Source of the DNA: a virus
IMG/VR virus record: IMGVR_UViG_3300032245_001322
Span: 1 to 64,000 of that record
Reading direction: 5' to 3' (one strand)
Length of the DNA: 64,000 bases
The notes under the pieces are model-generated. The model searched no databases. It had not been told where the DNA came from and worked only from the letters and a program-made list of their open reading frames with translations. The position numbers and the translations under genes are program-made. Positions 63,753 to 64,000 of this stretch are shown piece by piece. How positions within the stretch are numbered: the stretch's first letter is position 1; the number at the start of each line of letters is the position of its first letter.

Positions 63753-64000
63753 GCCAAGAAACAAACCAACAATTGCATAAACAAAACTCGATTGAATTAG
63801 AATGGTATATAGACCAAGTTGGTATTTTGGCTATGAAATCATTTAATAATGAAATAAGCGTAGATGAGTTTCACGTTAAAAGAAAAGAGTTAGAAAAACA
63901 ATGTGAAGAAATGATAATTAAAAGTAAAGAAAGTATATATGCCGATGGATATAGCGAAGGCTACAAACGAGCATTAGGGTTAATTGAATGGATGGTAAAA
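63749..64000 (+). CDS. hypothetical protein (3' partial at window end)
   Basis: ATGA overlap; continues past the window. Confidence 0.35.
   Translation, partial: MSQETNQQLHKQNSIELEWYIDQVGILAMKSFNNEISVDEFHVKRKELEKQCEEMIIKSKESIYADGYSEGYKRALGLIEWMVK

Overview
AT-rich (~30% GC) densely packed viral/phage-type segment with about 115 mostly small genes in four transcriptional blocks: minus 0.1-7.7 kb, plus 7.8-49.1 kb, minus 49.2-54.8 kb, plus 55.0-64.0 kb. A 30-nt promoter cassette recurs at least 8 times (TTGTTATTTT-N-AAAATAATATTAyATTTG). It matches the Bacteroidota sigma-A consensus (-33 TTG, -7 TAnnTTTG, 19-nt spacer), so the host is probably a Bacteroidota bacterium. Recognisable content is listed below.
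- Two tRNA genes on the minus strand: one clean tRNA-Met(CAT) and one with an aberrant anticodon arm.
- An early block with a lysis cassette: a peptidoglycan-binding + YkuD-fold lysin, a two-TM holin-like protein and a lipoprotein.
- A free-standing HNH homing endonuclease.
- A glycan-biosynthesis cluster: GDP-mannose 4,6-dehydratase, an FkbM methyltransferase, a second methyltransferase, and GT2, GT9-like and GT1/4-like glycosyltransferases. The GT1/4 glycosyltransferase carries a 437-aa LAGLIDADG intein.
- A 786-aa internally duplicated protein and three following proteins that share an aromatic-x-GG repeat.
- A MoxR-type AAA+ ATPase.
- A region that looks like an internal-membrane-virus (PRD1/PM2-like) organisation: a lytic transglycosylase among small membrane proteins, a PAP2 phosphatase, RusA, a small P-loop ATPase, a compact 232-aa putative major structural protein ending at a strong terminator, about 18 consecutive single-pass membrane proteins, a HExxH metallopeptidase and a membrane-anchored glucosaminidase.
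- A RecT / Cas4-like exonuclease / SSB recombination module.
- A DUF285 (BspA-like) repeat protein with a recent intragenic duplication.
- M23 peptidase, a C1q-like protein and a second HNH.
No terminase, portal or tail gene was recognised in the window. All functional calls rest on remembered family motifs read by eye; no searches were run.
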